64,000 nucleotides of DNA from a virus. The position numbers were made by a program, and so were the translations under genes. The notes beneath the pieces were generated by a model that made no database searches, had not been told where the DNA came from, and was given only the letters and a program-made list of their open reading frames with translations. Below, one piece after another: positions 1 through 11,790 of this stretch. The stretch lies in IMG/VR virus record IMGVR_UViG_3300045988_125874; one strand, 5' to 3'. Numbering within the stretch: position 1 is the first letter of the stretch; every line of letters starts with the position of its first letter.

Positions 1-3000
1 TATATGAGCATACATATCAGCATTTGCATTCCACAATATTGTAAGTGTAGTCATTTGATAATGTCCGAATTGTCCACGGCACCAAATGTCAGAAGCGTAA
101 AATCTCCAGGCACGACTCTCATCGTAGTTATACCCCTGTTGGTATAAATCACCGGAAATCCAAGTTTTTGAGAAATCAATATTAAATGATGATGAAACAT
201 TATCACCTGAACCGGAAGTATTAAAGGATATCTTACCTTGTATATTTCCAACATTATCAACTGCTTGTAATTCTTTGAAAGTGCCCGTTGCCCCTTTTAA
301 TTTTGTCACTTCAAGAGTATCAACGTTAATAAACTCTGTCTTTATCTTGCCGGCTTCTATGAAAGTCTTTCCGCCTACGTTTATTCCACCGGTTTCTGGA
401 AGAGATATTTTACCGTCAGATGTTAGCTCGACACCTGTAACATTATGCTTAATAGAGCCTTCAGTCATTATCCAGCCCTTCGTTTTATCTAAGTTTCCAA
501 CAAATATTCCGGAAGAACCGAGAACATCAATCGTCGCATTCTGCGCAAGAAGGACGTTTGTTGCTATGTTCTCGAACTCGCTGAACTCTTCCCACTTTGT
601 TGAGTCAAAAGAAGTTGTAGACGTATGAGTGATCTTACAAAGTTTGTTTTGACCGTTATAGATTACTGTGTCTATAAATGTCTCATTTCGGTAATACTCG
701 GTATTGGTTTTCCATACTCCACGAGGGCGGAGCATTGCACCGGGTAATCCTGTATCTCCCTTGTCTCCTTTATCACCTTTAATTTTACTCCACTTATATT
801 TTGAAAATACGGTGCTGTCTGCCTCTGTAAAATCCACATATTGACCGATCCATGCTCCGGGAGTCTCACCGTTGTTAGCTGTGAAGCTACTACCATCGTC
901 AGAATATTTAATATGGAGATAGCTGGCTTGCCCGTTCTCTCCATCTATACCGGGTATACCCTGCTCGCCTCTTTCTCCTTGTGCACCTTTAAATCTAGCC
1001 CATGTATATGATGTATATGAAGTTGGAGCCGTAGGGCTTGTAGTAACAGCGGTACCGATATAAGTATTGGGAGTATCCGTCATCGGGTTACCGTTAGAGT
1101 TTGCCGAGTACTTGACATGAAAATATGAAGAAGTACCCGGAATACCCTGTGAACCCGTAGGCCCCCGTTCTCCCTGCGGTCCGGTAGCTCCTTGAGGACC
1201 TTGTTCCCCTTGCTCACCCTTTATCTTAGACCATTTGTAATCAGAGAATACATTACTGTCATTTTCCTCAAAGTCGGTATACTGTCCAATCCATTCCCCT
1301 GAAGTTTCCCCATTATTGTCTGTAAACGTTTGGCCGTCATTTGAATACTTAATATGCAAGTAGGAAGTCTTTCCATCTTCGCCATTAATACCGGGAATCC
1401 CTTGTTCACCTGTTGCACCCTGTAGTCCTTCAAATCTGGCCCATGTATACTTGGATGGATCATTACTATCCTCCTTAGTAAAGTCTACATAAGTACCGAT
1501 GAACACATCTGGCGTTTCTGTCATTTGGGAAGCTGTAGGATTCTGGACGGGAGAATATTTTATATGAAAATATGATGTTAGTCCATTTTCTCCATCTTTG
1601 CCGGGTATTCCATCCTGTCCGGCTGGCCCTTGCAAACCTTGTAATCCCTGCGGTCCTTGAGGGCCTTCAGGACCGACTGGACCTTGTGCTCCCTGCTCTC
1701 CTTTGGAAGTATACTTCAACCAGTCAGTAGAAGAATCTGACGGCTCCTGCGTAGTCGTGGATTCAATGCAAATCCATGTGCTTCCGTTGTGGGTTACTTC
1801 GTCATAATACCAATACGTCCCCGCTTTCCATTCACCTTTGAAAGCCGGAACCGGTACTTCCGTCACACCATCGTTAGAAATCTGTTTGATCGTACCGGTC
1901 ATGTAGATTCTGTTAAGATATGCACTATACCCAGTCATATCCATTCCAAACAGTTTCAGGTTAGACAAGTCTCCCAACTGCATGGCAATCATATCCTTTG
2001 TGATCTCCCAGTTGTTTACACCCTTAAGGAAACGGATATAATTCTGCGTGGAATAGCTGGACTTCTGGCGTTCTGCATTGGTGAAGTTACCATAGCAAAC
2101 AAAGTGCATAGCCTTTTGAGGATGATAAGTATATCCGCTGCGGAGAACGTATTTAAAAGAACCATTATCCAGCTTTTCGGTGATCCGGAAATAGGTTGTC
2201 TGAAAACCTGTGTCATTGTTAAAGTTAGCCTTGCAAATATCATCCACTTCAACAGCTGCAACCTCGCCCGGTTCAAGCTTCAGGTAAACGATACTGTTAT
2301 CTTCGTCCACTGATTCGATTATACCGCCTCCGGGTGCGTTCCATTCCTCACCCGTGATAACTGATACCCGGTTATATCGCAATTCCGGTACTTCAAGGAA
2401 ATCACGTAGGCGCAACGATTTCGCATCTATATCTCCGGATGGGGTTATCAGCCAGCCAAGTAACTTTTCAGCATAATCAACAGAAGATATATTTCCGGAG
2501 AAAGCGGCATTATTGGCTGTAAGCTTATCAAGTACCTTTACGATATTGCTGCTCAATTCTGTTGCAGTTATCGTGTCCGTTACAATACCTTTGGTAACAT
2601 TAATGCCGTTCAGAAATGAAATAAGCCCTAGGGCTGTGTCATCTTTCGTCTTACTTATAGCATAAGCTATAATCTCCTGAAGCACTCTCTTTGCGGAGAA
2701 TACGTTTCTGTCAGACGGGATTGTCTTGTCATTAACCCCAATAACATACACACTCGTTCCACCGCCTCCAACGGCAGAGCCGGAATAGGTTTGTCCCTTG
2801 TAAGTAAGGGAATCAAGCTTGCTCTCTATCTCACCGATACGGGAATATGAAGCCGTCTCTCCAACTGTATAAATCGGGTGATCGTAAGGAATATCCAGCG
2901 GCCACTCGAAACCGATTATTCTTGATTGTCTGCCTTCCGGGAAAAATGCCTTATTTATCAGATTGATCTTAGCCCCGACTTCGTATGTACGGATATTACC

Positions 3001-5148
3001 CTTATTGTAGATGAAATCAGCATCCATCTCACAATCGTAGGTGGACGGGTCAATCATGGATTTCTTTACGTATTCCTTTGCCTTTTTGAGTAGATTCTGC
3101 TCTGCGTCCGGCAACATCTGTTCGGAGATGTATGCGGTATCAAAGCCGTAAAGGATATATGTGTCTGCGGGGACTTCTTCACCGTCCTCCATGTGTGCGG
3201 TTTGCGGATAAAGAACATCATCCGGAAGAAAGCGACCGTAATCCTCATTGCGGACAATTTCGAAGGTTGTTCCGGTGTTATCGCTTTCTACAATATTGAT
3301 AGCAAAGTCCATCCCGGCAAGCTTGCCAGTTTGGAATATCATGTGAAGTTCCTCACCATCCAGCCTAAAATCTTCTGTAAAGTTCTTCAGTCCCGTATCT
3401 TTGAAATTATAGATCCGATATTCCTTATCGTTATCGTCTACCTTGTCATCGTGGATGACACTGGATATTGTGCCCTTGTATTGGGGATATTCATCCTCAA
3501 ATATAACGATCTCTTCGATTGCCTCCTCTTCCGGCATTTCCACGTTACCCGGATCATTATAGCGTTCATCTCCGATGTTGATACGTTCACCAGTCGGGTT
3601 GTATTTATAAGCATCTACATAAGAAATGCCCTCCGGGAGCATAAGACGTTTCTGAACAACTCCGTTAAGGGTCATTTTCTTGTCATCCTTACTGAAGTAG
3701 TTATCGGGGACTTTACCGCTTATGATGTTGTTAATGGTGTACCGATTACCTAAAGAGGCGGTTACACCTTCCGGTAACTGGATAATGTTTGCTGCGTCAC
3801 CGGTTAAAAGGTCGGGATTGTAAACAGCAGCAAAAGTCTGTCCGGCATTTGCACCGGAAAGGAATGTTACGGAAGTCGTTGCAGAAGAACCGCCATACAC
3901 GTTAATATCGTATGTTACATACGCCTGAAAAGTCGATAACAGCTCGGAAGAAGCTGGAGCTGGTACATGAACGTATACCCTTACTTTTAAATCAGAACTG
4001 TTTTTGCCGATAACCAACGTGTCGGGAACCTGTATTTTAGACACAATCTCATATTGTTGATTTTGGGCTAATGAAACGGTCTGATTACCAATAATCACCT
4101 CTTTTGATTCCCCGGAAACATTATAGATATATGACGCCTTCAATATATAATCTCCTGCCGGTAGAAAAGCACGGTTCCCTATTTGCGGAACGGCTGTTGA
4201 TATATTGATTGAAATTCCTCCCGAAACAACTTTATAAGAACCACCCTTGGCTGATGAAGCTAAAGTCTTATCAAGCGTCCATTCTGTATAAGAGGGAGTA
4301 AAAGAACCGCTGCCTTCGTTGCTACTAGCGGTATAGTCTTCCTTATACGTAACTCGTGACGGAAAGTAGTTTATTTTGAGCGGTCTTGACGTATCGGATA
4401 TATTACGTCCATTAACCTCTTTTACGTCGAATATCAAATCTTTCCGGTAGCTGGAAGGAATGTTGCGGGTGGAGCCGAAAGCGTAGATACGGGTCGCATA
4501 AGTGGTCTGGCTGTCGCTGCGTGTCATGCTGTTGACATTCACATTTTCTGTGTCTGTCAAATCACCGGCTTTAAAATCAACAGGAGAACTATATTCACAA
4601 CGCCCGAAGCAAATCTTATGATTCTCTATCCACCATTCACACTCCCAAGTCTCCGCCATCTGTGTGAGAGCGTCGATCAGATTTACGTTATCGTAGGAAA
4701 CGAGCTTGGAAGTGTTTTCTACTGTGCTGTCAATGTCCCAAGTAAAATCCAGATCCCTGAATTTATATCCAAGAGCTTTCAGGTTATCCAGAAAAACATT
4801 TAAATGCTTGTCAAGGGTAGCGGTAAGATTCCATGCGGCTTCGCGTCCGGTGGTTTCCGGTGTATAGAAGAACTTCTTGTTCTTCCATTTCCAGTAATAA
4901 GCATCAAGGCGGAGTTCGTAGTCGTATGCACCTGTAGTTGTATTGTAGGTAGGCTTATACAAGTCTACTAACTCGAATATTCCCAACTCATTGTCTACAT
5001 AGTCGCCTAGTTTGAAATAAACTGGATTAGAAAGGCTAAATAGCAAAGTGATATAATCTTCCTGCATCAAAAGGAAATGTCTTTTCGAACCCTCATTGAT
5101 AGGAGTCGAAAAGCGAATGTTGCCGGATATGTCTTTGATGTCTATCAT
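1..5148 (-). CDS. Giant tail-associated/tail fiber protein with collagen-like tracts (>=1716 aa, C-terminus beyond window edge)
   Basis: Absent from the ORF track because it has no in-window stop. Manual translation from the ATG at 5148 ([20 protein letters not shown]...) stays open in one frame down to nt 1; frame spot-checked at 8 positions. It lies directly downstream of the TMP and Dit-like genes. Contains G-X-Y tracts and two W..Y..(D/E)V..NG..W.C-type (CBM5/12-like) motifs. Confidence 0.85.
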   Translation of the reverse strand, partial: MIDIKDISGNIRFSTPINEGSKRHFLLMQEDYITLLFSLSNPVYFKLGDYVDNELGIFELVDLYKPTYNTTTGAYDYELRLDAYYWKWKNKKFFYTPETTGREAAWNLTATLDKHLNVFLDNLKALGYKFRDLDFTWDIDSTVENTSKLVSYDNVNLIDALTQMAETWECEWWIENHKICFGRCEYSSPVDFKAGDLTDTENVNVNSMTRSDSQTTYATRIYAFGSTRNIPSSYRKDLIFDVKEVNGRNISDTSRPLKINYFPSRVTYKEDYTASSNEGSGSFTPSYTEWTLDKTLASSAKGGSYKVVSGGISINISTAVPQIGNRAFLPAGDYILKASYIYNVSGESKEVIIGNQTVSLAQNQQYEIVSKIQVPDTLVIGKNSSDLKVRVYVHVPAPASSELLSTFQAYVTYDINVYGGSSATTSVTFLSGANAGQTFAAVYNPDLLTGDAANIIQLPEGVTASLGNRYTINNIISGKVPDNYFSKDDKKMTLNGVVQKRLMLPEGISYVDAYKYNPTGERINIGDERYNDPGNVEMPEEEAIEEIVIFEDEYPQYKGTISSVIHDDKVDDNDKEYRIYNFKDTGLKNFTEDFRLDGEELHMIFQTGKLAGMDFAINIVESDNTGTTFEIVRNEDYGRFLPDDVLYPQTAHMEDGEEVPADTYILYGFDTAYISEQMLPDAEQNLLKKAKEYVKKSMIDPSTYDCEMDADFIYNKGNIRTYEVGAKINLINKAFFPEGRQSRIIGFEWPLDIPYDHPIYTVGETASYSRIGEIESKLDSLTYKGQTYSGSAVGGGGTSVYVIGVNDKTIPSDRNVFSAKRVLQEIIAYAISKTKDDTALGLISFLNGINVTKGIVTDTITATELSSNIVKVLDKLTANNAAFSGNISSVDYAEKLLGWLITPSGDIDAKSLRLRDFLEVPELRYNRVSVITGEEWNAPGGGIIESVDEDNSIVYLKLEPGEVAAVEVDDICKANFNNDTGFQTTYFRITEKLDNGSFKYVLRSGYTYHPQKAMHFVCYGNFTNAERQKSSYSTQNYIRFLKGVNNWEITKDMIAMQLGDLSNLKLFGMDMTGYSAYLNRIYMTGTIKQISNDGVTEVPVPAFKGEWKAGTYWYYDEVTHNGSTWICIESTTTQEPSDSSTDWLKYTSKGEQGAQGPVGPEGPQGPQGLQGLQGPAGQDGIPGKDGENGLTSYFHIKYSPVQNPTASQMTETPDVFIGTYVDFTKEDSNDPSKYTWARFEGLQGATGEQGIPGINGEDGKTSYLHIKYSNDGQTFTDNNGETSGEWIGQYTDFEENDSNVFSDYKWSKIKGEQGEQGPQGATGPQGERGPTGSQGIPGTSSYFHVKYSANSNGNPMTDTPNTYIGTAVTTSPTAPTSYTSYTWARFKGAQGERGEQGIPGIDGENGQASYLHIKYSDDGSSFTANNGETPGAWIGQYVDFTEADSTVFSKYKWSKIKGDKGDKGDTGLPGAMLRPRGVWKTNTEYYRNETFIDTVIYNGQNKLCKITHTSTTSFDSTKWEEFSEFENIATNVLLAQNATIDVLGSSGIFVGNLDKTKGWIMTEGSIKHNVTGVELTSDGKISLPETGGINVGGKTFIEAGKIKTEFINVDTLEVTKLKGATGTFKELQAVDNVGNIQGKISFNTSGSGDNVSSSFNIDFSKTWISGDLYQQGYNYDESRAWRFYASDIWCRGQFGHYQMTTLTILWNANADMYAHI
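739..1701 (-). repeat. Five collagen-like G-X-Y tracts interleaved with four ~50-aa SY[FL]H[IV]KYS...W..[FI][EK]G modules (coding repeat inside the tail fiber)
   Basis: Translated tracts include [106 protein letters not shown] and [13 protein letters not shown]. Confidence 0.85.
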
Positions 5149-5220
5149 AAGTTTCGTATACCTTCATACGATGTTTATGCAAAGATAATAAAAGTGAAAT
5201 AAACTATGCCACTTAAAACG

Positions 5221-5676
5221 TTAAATTGTACGATTTTCAGGCGATGGATTATATTCAACTAACTTTAGTGAAAACTTAGCTATGCCTCTCATAAACTGTG
5301 TGAACTGATTACATGAGAGATATACTGTACGGTACATAATATTAGGTTGGTACTTTGTCCTAATATTTAATATACCGGTAGCAAGTTCTTTACAAAAATT
5401 GTTGTACTTCTCGAAAAAATCATCTTCATCTTTAGCTGTGAGATGAATGGTCAAAGTAAGATTACGTTCGTCCATTTTAGGATTAGCGGTTATTATACGC
5501 TTTCCGTGTTCTAATCTTGACTTGTTCTCTATGAACTCCTTATTAGGTGCAGGGGTCATCAATGCTGATAGGGAAGACGTGTCCATACTAATCCCCCAGC
5601 TATCGTAGGAATCTTTGTTGTTTATAAAAAGCTCACCTTTAGGCATATTCTTATATTTTATAGTGTTCAATATCAA
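5221..5676 (-). CDS. Distal tail protein (Dit)-like small tail component
   Basis: ORF track. Position between the TMP and the Tal/fiber gene. The track start is TTG; an ATG at 5646 (MPKGELFINN) is the more likely start. Confidence 0.55.
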   Translation of the reverse strand: MILNTIKYKNMPKGELFINNKDSYDSWGISMDTSSLSALMTPAPNKEFIENKSRLEHGKRIITANPKMDERNLTLTIHLTAKDEDDFFEKYNNFCKELATGILNIRTKYQPNIMYRTVYLSCNQFTQFMRGIAKFSLKLVEYNPSPENRTI

Positions 5677-8600
5677 CGAGTTGATAAACCTTTAGTGTTG
5701 ACTTTAACCTCTGAAATATCAGCTCTTATATCATTCAAAAGTTTAGTATATTTAGTAATGTCCTCTAAATAACTGTTTGTTATAACGTGCTGATTGAGAA
5801 TGTTGCTTAATGTTTCATTACCGGCAGATGAGATTCCTATAAGGGAATTAACCCCAACCACAACAGCTATCATTTGATTCTTTATTTCTTCTCCGGCAAT
5901 TTGCAAAGCGGTGAAACGTCCGTTAAGTTCGTCGATTGAATCCTGCGACGCAGTGGCAAAGCCTTTCTTTGAGGCTTCTTGGGATGAAGAGGAAGAACCT
6001 GTATATCCTGTTATTTCAGCAATCTTATCTCTTTCATTTATCGCGTCTTGGACCATTGCATCGTATTCTTTTCTAGCATCTTCCAACTGTTGCTTAGTAA
6101 GTTTTCCTCCATTTTCCTTCATCAGTTTTGCAATGCCATTATACCATTCTCTCAATTCATCATCAAACAACTCTCCCATAGAGAAATTAAGTAGTGCACG
6201 TTGCATATATTCGGAGAAATCTTCAGAAAAGCTTTTAGCATCCTTATCCATATCCATTAATGATTCCAAGAAGTTATCTCTCAAACCATCAAAAGAAATT
6301 TGCATCAGAGACTCATTGATTTTCTCTGTTAACTCATCTAATTTTCCAGCTTGGTCGGCATACGCTTCAAGCTTTTCCATTACACGTTCTCCATATCCGC
6401 CTTTGCCGGAACTCTTAATTTGCTCATATATATCAGCATTACTAAGAAGCTCTCTCATTTGTTCGGGTGTTAGTCCCCATAACGAGTTAGTACCGGAGAA
6501 ATTTTTATCCACATTTTCACGAACCCAACGTAGTTGTTCGTCATTCCATTTCATATAATATTGCCAGCTATGATGCGAATTGCTGTATCTAGCTTGCTCA
6601 CGTGCTATTTTGAGAGTATTATCAATCTGTTCTTTTTGATATTTATATGCTTGTTCATATGCCGATATAGATTTGGAACCTGCGGACTTATCCATTACAT
6701 CAGTTAATCGGTCAATCGATTTTTCTAATGTTTCGTTTCGGTCTGTTAATCTGTCGATCGCCTCTTGCACTTCTTTAGCATTGCTTCCGCTAATCTTGTT
6801 TATCAGAGAGTCAAATCCGCCAAAGGAAATAGCATTAAAAATATTGCTTACGCCATCCCGTATGGATTTGCCTAATGTGACAAATAAATCACCGGATAAA
6901 ACATCGCTAAGAATTCCACTAACTGCATTGAATACTGAATCCAGCAAAGTTCCAACAAAATTACTAAGTCCATCCTTAAACACATCAATGATTGATATGA
7001 TCCAACCGACAATCGGAACTTTATCAAGTTTATCAGCAAACTTTTCCATAGCTCCTCCGGCTCCTTTACCAATTTGCAACAATCCTTCGTAGGCATTTTT
7101 AATGCCTCCAGAAGATAACTTCTGTAATCCACTCGTTACATTTTCCATATTAGCCTTTAAAGCTGTTGCGGTGTTAGTTAGGCTTTGTTGCATTTCATTG
7201 GCAGCACTTGTTTGAGCTTGTACGTTCATAGATGCTGCATTTGCATTTTGTTGGGCTATCTCAAAAGCATTTTGAGCTGCTTTTTTCTCCTCTTCTGTTC
7301 CACTTTTTAACGCTTTGGTGTAATCATCTTGGGCTTTGGCTAACTTGTCATGAGCCATAGTCTCTTCCTCAATAGCAGCAAGACGATTTTGTTCAGCTAG
7401 TTGATATGCTTTTATGTCTTGACCTAACTTCTTGAAGTTTAAACCACCAGCTCCGCCTAAAGATTGCTCCATTTGGTTGATGGCATCGATTAATGCTTTT
7501 TGGCTGTCTTGGTCTGAACTTTTAAACTTATCTGTTTGGACGTATTTCTTTGCTTCTTCAAGTGCAGGTTTAATCATATCATTAAACATGCTCCCAAATT
7601 CACCAAATACAGTAACCCAATCTATATTGGCTTTTATAGCTTCGGTTTCCTTGTTTTGGATGGCAACGTCACGTTGCTTTTCTAATAACTTAACTTGCGC
7701 ACTATTTGCTCCACTTTCTTCTTGTACTTTTTTTATCTTTTCAGCATATTCCTGTGCTATGGCAAATTTCTGTTGCTGGAATGTTCCATATTCTTTCAAA
7801 TAATCATTTAAAGCCTGTTGTTCGGCTTTAAGTTGTTCCTTGGTTACATCAGCAATTGCTTTGTCTCTCTTGTTTTCAGCGTTGGTATAACGAGCGGAAA
7901 TTTCAATAGACTGCTCCGAAGTCAACTTTCCACCCTGTCTTTCACTCAAATCTTTTTCTTGTTTCTTGATGGCGTCAAGTTCTTTTTGATAGTCAAGGTC
8001 AATCTGTTTTAGCTTTTTCTCTGTGCCTTCCTTCATAAGATTGATTTCCGCTTGTTGATTTTGGCGACGAAGCGACAAAAGTTCTTCGGCTGTCTTTTGT
8101 TGTTCTTTTTTTTGCTTGTCAGCAGCGGATTCTCGCTTGGAAGAAGAGTCATAGACTTTTAATTCTTTTTCTGCCTCTTTTAGCTTCTTAGTGTTATCTT
8201 TATAGGATTTTATAACGGAAGCGTCAATTCCTTCAAACTTACCAGCATCCAACATTTTTTTTTGAGAAGATGCTATAGAATTTAAGGCATCTTCAGCTTC
8301 TTTCTTTTGATCTTCCCAATATTTCTTATTGAATATAACAGGTTTCTCGGCCTCTTTTTTAGCTTGCTCATCAGCTTTTTCAAAATCTTCTAAAGCTTTT
8401 GTATAAATCTCAAGTTCTTTTTTAGCGGCAGTTAAATCTTCTTTTAGTGCACCAGTATATCCCCCTCTGTTTGTAGTTCTGATTATACTATTTTCTAGGC
8501 CTTGTACTTTTTGTTGTGACATTACAACTTTGGTCTTTAAACCAATACGTTGTTGGCGCAACATTTCATCTGTTTCCAGTTTGATTAATTCGGCATTTGT

Positions 8601-9896
8601 TTTTCTTTTTGCTGTTTCCCAATCCATATTTTGAAATACTTCAGGCATTAAACGCTGTAATTGGCGATATGCGATGAAGCGTTCTTCTATAGATTTGGAT
8701 TCATTACTTAGAATATTGGATAGTTCTCCTGCTTTATTTTTCAGATCGTCGTAGTGGCTTTTTTGAGCTTCAAGAGCATTATTTGTTTCACGGATGGCTT
8801 TTTCTGTCTCACTTTCTGCAGTGGCAAGTTTATAAATGCCGTATGCCAATCCAGCGATAGCAGCTGCTGCTAATACATAGGGATTTTTCAGCATTGATAA
8901 ATTCAATGCATCTTGCGCTTTTTTTGTCAAGACTAACCATCCATAGTGAGCTGTTTCTTTAGCTGTTAAAGCTGTAATACCTGATGCTTGTAAAGCTTGC
9001 AAGGCATTAGTTACCATTAAAGCGGTGCGATATGCCCCGTAGGTCCCTACGATTTCTATTAATATTCGTCCTACTTTCTCATAGTTTTCAACAAGATAGG
9101 AAACCCCGGATAAAGCATCATTAATAATACCTTCATTAGCTTTCCCTATTTCATTAAACATGGTAGAAATTGCATCCTCTATATTGGAAATCTGACCAGT
9201 GATTGTCTTGGACTGTTCTTGCATAAGGTTGTAGAACATTCCTCCTTCATTTGTAAGGTTCTGGATAACTTTCTGGACTTCTGGAAATCCTACTTTTCCT
9301 GCTTCAACTAAACTTTTTACTTCTCCTTCTGCTACTCCGAACACTTTTGCCAATTCGCGAATCATAGGAATACCACGCCCTGTGAATTGATTCAGGTCTT
9401 GTGTATATAGACGACCTTGGGTCATAGTAGTACCATAAAGATAAACGATATCTCCGAGAGGCTGGGATAAACCGGCAGCAATGTTTCCTAAACGTATTAA
9501 ATCGTCATTTACGTTTTCAACATTTTCTCCATAAGCAAGAAGTTGTTTAGCTCCATTTGCTACGCCTTGAAGGTCGAATGGGGTAGTAGCTGCTGTCTTT
9601 ACAAGTTGCTGCATGAGGGCATTCGCCTTATCTTCACTGCCAAGCATTGTTTTAAATGCGACTTCCAATTGTTGGAACTCTCCGCGAACCTTCGCAATAT
9701 TTGAAATTAATTCTTTTGCCGTAAATCCTGCTCCAAAAGCTGCTGCAGCTCTTGTCATACGGTTAAACAAATCTTCAATGCCTAACCCGCTTTGTTCTAT
9801 TTGTTTGGAAGCGTTTTTTACTCCGTTTTCACACTCGTGTAGTTTCCGTATAAAGTTGGAGTTGTCACCGGTAATATCGAAGTGTAATCCAGCCAT
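5673..9896 (-). CDS. Tail tape measure protein (1407 aa)
   Basis: Size, long coiled-coil K/E/Q-rich middle, and a TP901-type TMP core near the N-terminus (LMQQLVKTAATTPFDLQGVANGAKQLLAYG). Position upstream of Dit and the fiber. Confidence 0.9.
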   Translation of the reverse strand: MAGLHFDITGDNSNFIRKLHECENGVKNASKQIEQSGLGIEDLFNRMTRAAAAFGAGFTAKELISNIAKVRGEFQQLEVAFKTMLGSEDKANALMQQLVKTAATTPFDLQGVANGAKQLLAYGENVENVNDDLIRLGNIAAGLSQPLGDIVYLYGTTMTQGRLYTQDLNQFTGRGIPMIRELAKVFGVAEGEVKSLVEAGKVGFPEVQKVIQNLTNEGGMFYNLMQEQSKTITGQISNIEDAISTMFNEIGKANEGIINDALSGVSYLVENYEKVGRILIEIVGTYGAYRTALMVTNALQALQASGITALTAKETAHYGWLVLTKKAQDALNLSMLKNPYVLAAAAIAGLAYGIYKLATAESETEKAIRETNNALEAQKSHYDDLKNKAGELSNILSNESKSIEERFIAYRQLQRLMPEVFQNMDWETAKRKTNAELIKLETDEMLRQQRIGLKTKVVMSQQKVQGLENSIIRTTNRGGYTGALKEDLTAAKKELEIYTKALEDFEKADEQAKKEAEKPVIFNKKYWEDQKKEAEDALNSIASSQKKMLDAGKFEGIDASVIKSYKDNTKKLKEAEKELKVYDSSSKRESAADKQKKEQQKTAEELLSLRRQNQQAEINLMKEGTEKKLKQIDLDYQKELDAIKKQEKDLSERQGGKLTSEQSIEISARYTNAENKRDKAIADVTKEQLKAEQQALNDYLKEYGTFQQQKFAIAQEYAEKIKKVQEESGANSAQVKLLEKQRDVAIQNKETEAIKANIDWVTVFGEFGSMFNDMIKPALEEAKKYVQTDKFKSSDQDSQKALIDAINQMEQSLGGAGGLNFKKLGQDIKAYQLAEQNRLAAIEEETMAHDKLAKAQDDYTKALKSGTEEEKKAAQNAFEIAQQNANAASMNVQAQTSAANEMQQSLTNTATALKANMENVTSGLQKLSSGGIKNAYEGLLQIGKGAGGAMEKFADKLDKVPIVGWIISIIDVFKDGLSNFVGTLLDSVFNAVSGILSDVLSGDLFVTLGKSIRDGVSNIFNAISFGGFDSLINKISGSNAKEVQEAIDRLTDRNETLEKSIDRLTDVMDKSAGSKSISAYEQAYKYQKEQIDNTLKIAREQARYSNSHHSWQYYMKWNDEQLRWVRENVDKNFSGTNSLWGLTPEQMRELLSNADIYEQIKSSGKGGYGERVMEKLEAYADQAGKLDELTEKINESLMQISFDGLRDNFLESLMDMDKDAKSFSEDFSEYMQRALLNFSMGELFDDELREWYNGIAKLMKENGGKLTKQQLEDARKEYDAMVQDAINERDKIAEITGYTGSSSSSQEASKKGFATASQDSIDELNGRFTALQIAGEEIKNQMIAVVVGVNSLIGISSAGNETLSNILNQHVITNSYLEDITKYTKLLNDIRADISEVKVNTKGLSTR

Positions 9897-9940
9897 AAGT
9901 CTTTTCGATAGAAATAGTTCCGTGCAACATCACACGGCAT

Positions 9941-9950
9941 TGCAAATATA
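9941..9950 (-). promoter_or_regulatory. Bacteroides-type -7 box (TATATTTGCA on minus strand) upstream of the TMP gene
   Basis: The reverse complement of tgcaaatata matches TAnnTTTG about 45 nt upstream of the ATG at 9896. This fits re-initiation of transcription after the plus-strand moron. Confidence 0.5.
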
Positions 9951-10021
9951 CAAAATATGCTTCTTTGTGTGCTATATTTGTTATTAAAACATCCTTAAAA
10001 GTTTATTTTTTTATCTTTAAT

Positions 10022-10052
10022 TTTGTTTGCATTGATGTATTAAATATATTTG
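10022..10052 (+). promoter_or_regulatory. Bacteroides-type promoter (TTTG ... TATATTTG) for the plus-strand moron
   Basis: TATATTTG at 10045-10052 and TTTG motifs at 10022-10029, about 28 nt upstream of the ATG at 10080. Confidence 0.5.
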
Positions 10053-10079
10053 CACATATACAACAATATAAATAGAGTA

Positions 10080-11204
10080 ATGGATTTTAAAGACAAAATC
10101 ATGCAGCTATCTGACAATATAAAGAAACAGAAAGATAGGATAGCTACAGAGGAAGCGACAAAAAATGCTTTCATTATGCCGATGATAGCTGCTTTAGACT
10201 ACGATGTTTTTAACCCTTTTGAGGTTGTGCCTGAAATGGATTGCGACTTAGTAAAGAAGAAAGGGGAGAAGATAGATTATGCTATAATGAAGGATGAAAA
10301 TCCGATTCTTCTTATTGAGTGCAAACATTGTAAACAAGATTTAAACTTGCATGATACTCAATTACAAAAGTATTTTGTCGCTTCTAACGCACGTTTTGGA
10401 GTGCTTACTAATGGTATAGAATATCGTTTTTATACTGATCTGGAAAAGGTAAACATTATGGATGAGAAACCTTTTCTTGTTGTGAATATGCTGGAGCTTT
10501 CGGACGCAGATATAGAACAGTTGAAGAAGTTTCACAAATCTTATTACAATGAAAACGATATTTTAAGTACTGCGAACAAACTTAAATACACGACAGAAAT
10601 AAAGACAATCTTGAATAGTGAATTTGTTTCACCGTCATCAGATTTTGTGAAATTCTTTGCTAAACAGGTATACACAACAGGGCAAATAACCCAGAAAGTT
10701 GTTGAGATGTTCACGCCACTTGTGAAGAAATCAATGTCTAGTGTTGTCAATGACATAATATCTGACAGGCTTAATACAGCTATGAAGAACGATGAACAGG
10801 CTGATGATGAAGTTTTCGAAGAGGAAAGTTTGCCAGATTCCCCCCGACAAGATATAGGCGATAAACTCCCAGAAGGAGTTGTGCACATGGACAAGGACTC
10901 CGGTATTATAACTACACAGGAAGAATTGGACGCCTACAATATTGTGAGGAGTATCTTAAGAAAAAGTATAGATGCCGCACGTATAACTTATAAAGACTAT
11001 AAAACATATTTCGTTGTTAATCTCGATAGCAGCGAATGGTTCTGGATATGCCGCATTTCCATTGGTGCAAGAAAGAAACGAATTGGGATACCAGTAGACA
11101 GGTACAAAAGCTGCGACTGGATTCAAATTGATAGCATAGATGACATATTCAAATATGCGGATAGACTTGAAGAATCACTTAAAATGGCAATAGAAAAGTT
11201 GTGA
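10080..11204 (+). CDS. HsdR N-terminal-like (PD-(D/E)xK) restriction-endonuclease-fold protein, stand-alone
   Basis: N-terminus TEEATKNAFIMPMIAALDYDVFNPFEVVPE...KIDYAIMKDENPILLIECK...QLQKYF...FGVLTNGIEYRFYTD matches the HSDR_N_2 pattern. ATG at 10080 is preferred over the track's TTG at 10050. Confidence 0.7.
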   Translation: MDFKDKIMQLSDNIKKQKDRIATEEATKNAFIMPMIAALDYDVFNPFEVVPEMDCDLVKKKGEKIDYAIMKDENPILLIECKHCKQDLNLHDTQLQKYFVASNARFGVLTNGIEYRFYTDLEKVNIMDEKPFLVVNMLELSDADIEQLKKFHKSYYNENDILSTANKLKYTTEIKTILNSEFVSPSSDFVKFFAKQVYTTGQITQKVVEMFTPLVKKSMSSVVNDIISDRLNTAMKNDEQADDEVFEEESLPDSPRQDIGDKLPEGVVHMDKDSGIITTQEELDAYNIVRSILRKSIDAARITYKDYKTYFVVNLDSSEWFWICRISIGARKKRIGIPVDRYKSCDWIQIDSIDDIFKYADRLEESLKMAIEKL

Positions 11205-11223
11205 AAATTAAAACTCAATAATT

Positions 11224-11721
11224 ATGAAGAAGAAAATTTTATTCTTACTAGCAGTGTTTGTGTATTCAATAATGGGGTTTGCTCAAGAAAAGAAAGAAGT
11301 CATCATTAAAGCTGGTACTGTTGTTCCTTTGGAAGCCATAAGTAATGTTAGAGCCTCTCAAGTACATGAAGGACAGAATATCGATTTTAAAGTTTCTAGG
11401 GATGTTATTGTAGATAAAATAGTAGCTATTCCAGCTGGCACTATAGCTAAGGGGATAGTGTATGAAGCAAAAAGATCGGCATGGTTTGGAACCAAAGGAA
11501 GATTAGGTATTAAACTACGTTATTTAACTCTTCCATCTGGAGATAATGTCAACTTTTCATCCTCTGAAGTATATATAACAGGGAAAAACAGAACTCCATT
11601 ATCTGTTGTTATATTTTGTTGTACTTGCATTCCTCTTCCTTGTGGATCTAAAGCTGAAATGAAAATAGGTTATGAGTTTGATGCATCAGTAGCTAACAAT
11701 ACTACAATAACTTTAGAGTAA
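11224..11721 (+). CDS. Secreted/envelope protein of unknown function (signal peptide)
   Basis: N-terminus MKKKILFLLAVFVYSIMGFAQE is a typical signal peptide. Co-transcribed with the upstream nuclease-fold gene. Confidence 0.6.
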   Translation: MKKKILFLLAVFVYSIMGFAQEKKEVIIKAGTVVPLEAISNVRASQVHEGQNIDFKVSRDVIVDKIVAIPAGTIAKGIVYEAKRSAWFGTKGRLGIKLRYLTLPSGDNVNFSSSEVYITGKNRTPLSVVIFCCTCIPLPCGSKAEMKIGYEFDASVANNTTITLE

Positions 11722-11751
11722 TTATTTTAAAATTGTTCAGTTTTACCAATA

Positions 11752-11790
11752 AATCACGAGGATTTTTATATAACCCTCGTGATTTTTTTG
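11752..11790 (+). terminator. Rho-independent terminator (convergent junction)
   Basis: Stem atcacgagg / cctcgtgat followed by a T7 run. Lies between the plus-strand moron and the minus-strand gene ending at 11826. Confidence 0.7.

Noticed and set aside
739-1701. Repeated variable-looking modules in the tail fiber as a diversity-generating retroelement (DGR) target.
   Set aside because: No reverse transcriptase, template repeat or adenine-specific mismatch pattern is visible in the window. The repeats are in-frame collagen-like/module repeats.
1-5150. Apparent absence of ORFs over 5 kb in the track suggested stop-codon reassignment (TAG/TGA recoding, as in some gut phages) or a non-coding region.
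   Set aside because: Manual translation shows one minus-strand frame fully open under the standard code. The ORF is missing only because it has no stop inside the window. All other genes also read with the standard code.
5911-9987. Plus-strand ORFs inside the tape measure gene (5911-6558, 6673-7092, 7432-7803, 7818-8012, 9613-9987) and the minus-strand ORF at 6872-7132.
   Set aside because: Antisense or alternate-frame shadows of a long biased-composition gene, with low-complexity translations (S/L/F-rich). The same reasoning applies to similar shadow ORFs inside the fiber, capsid, portal, TerL, amidoligase and other long genes.
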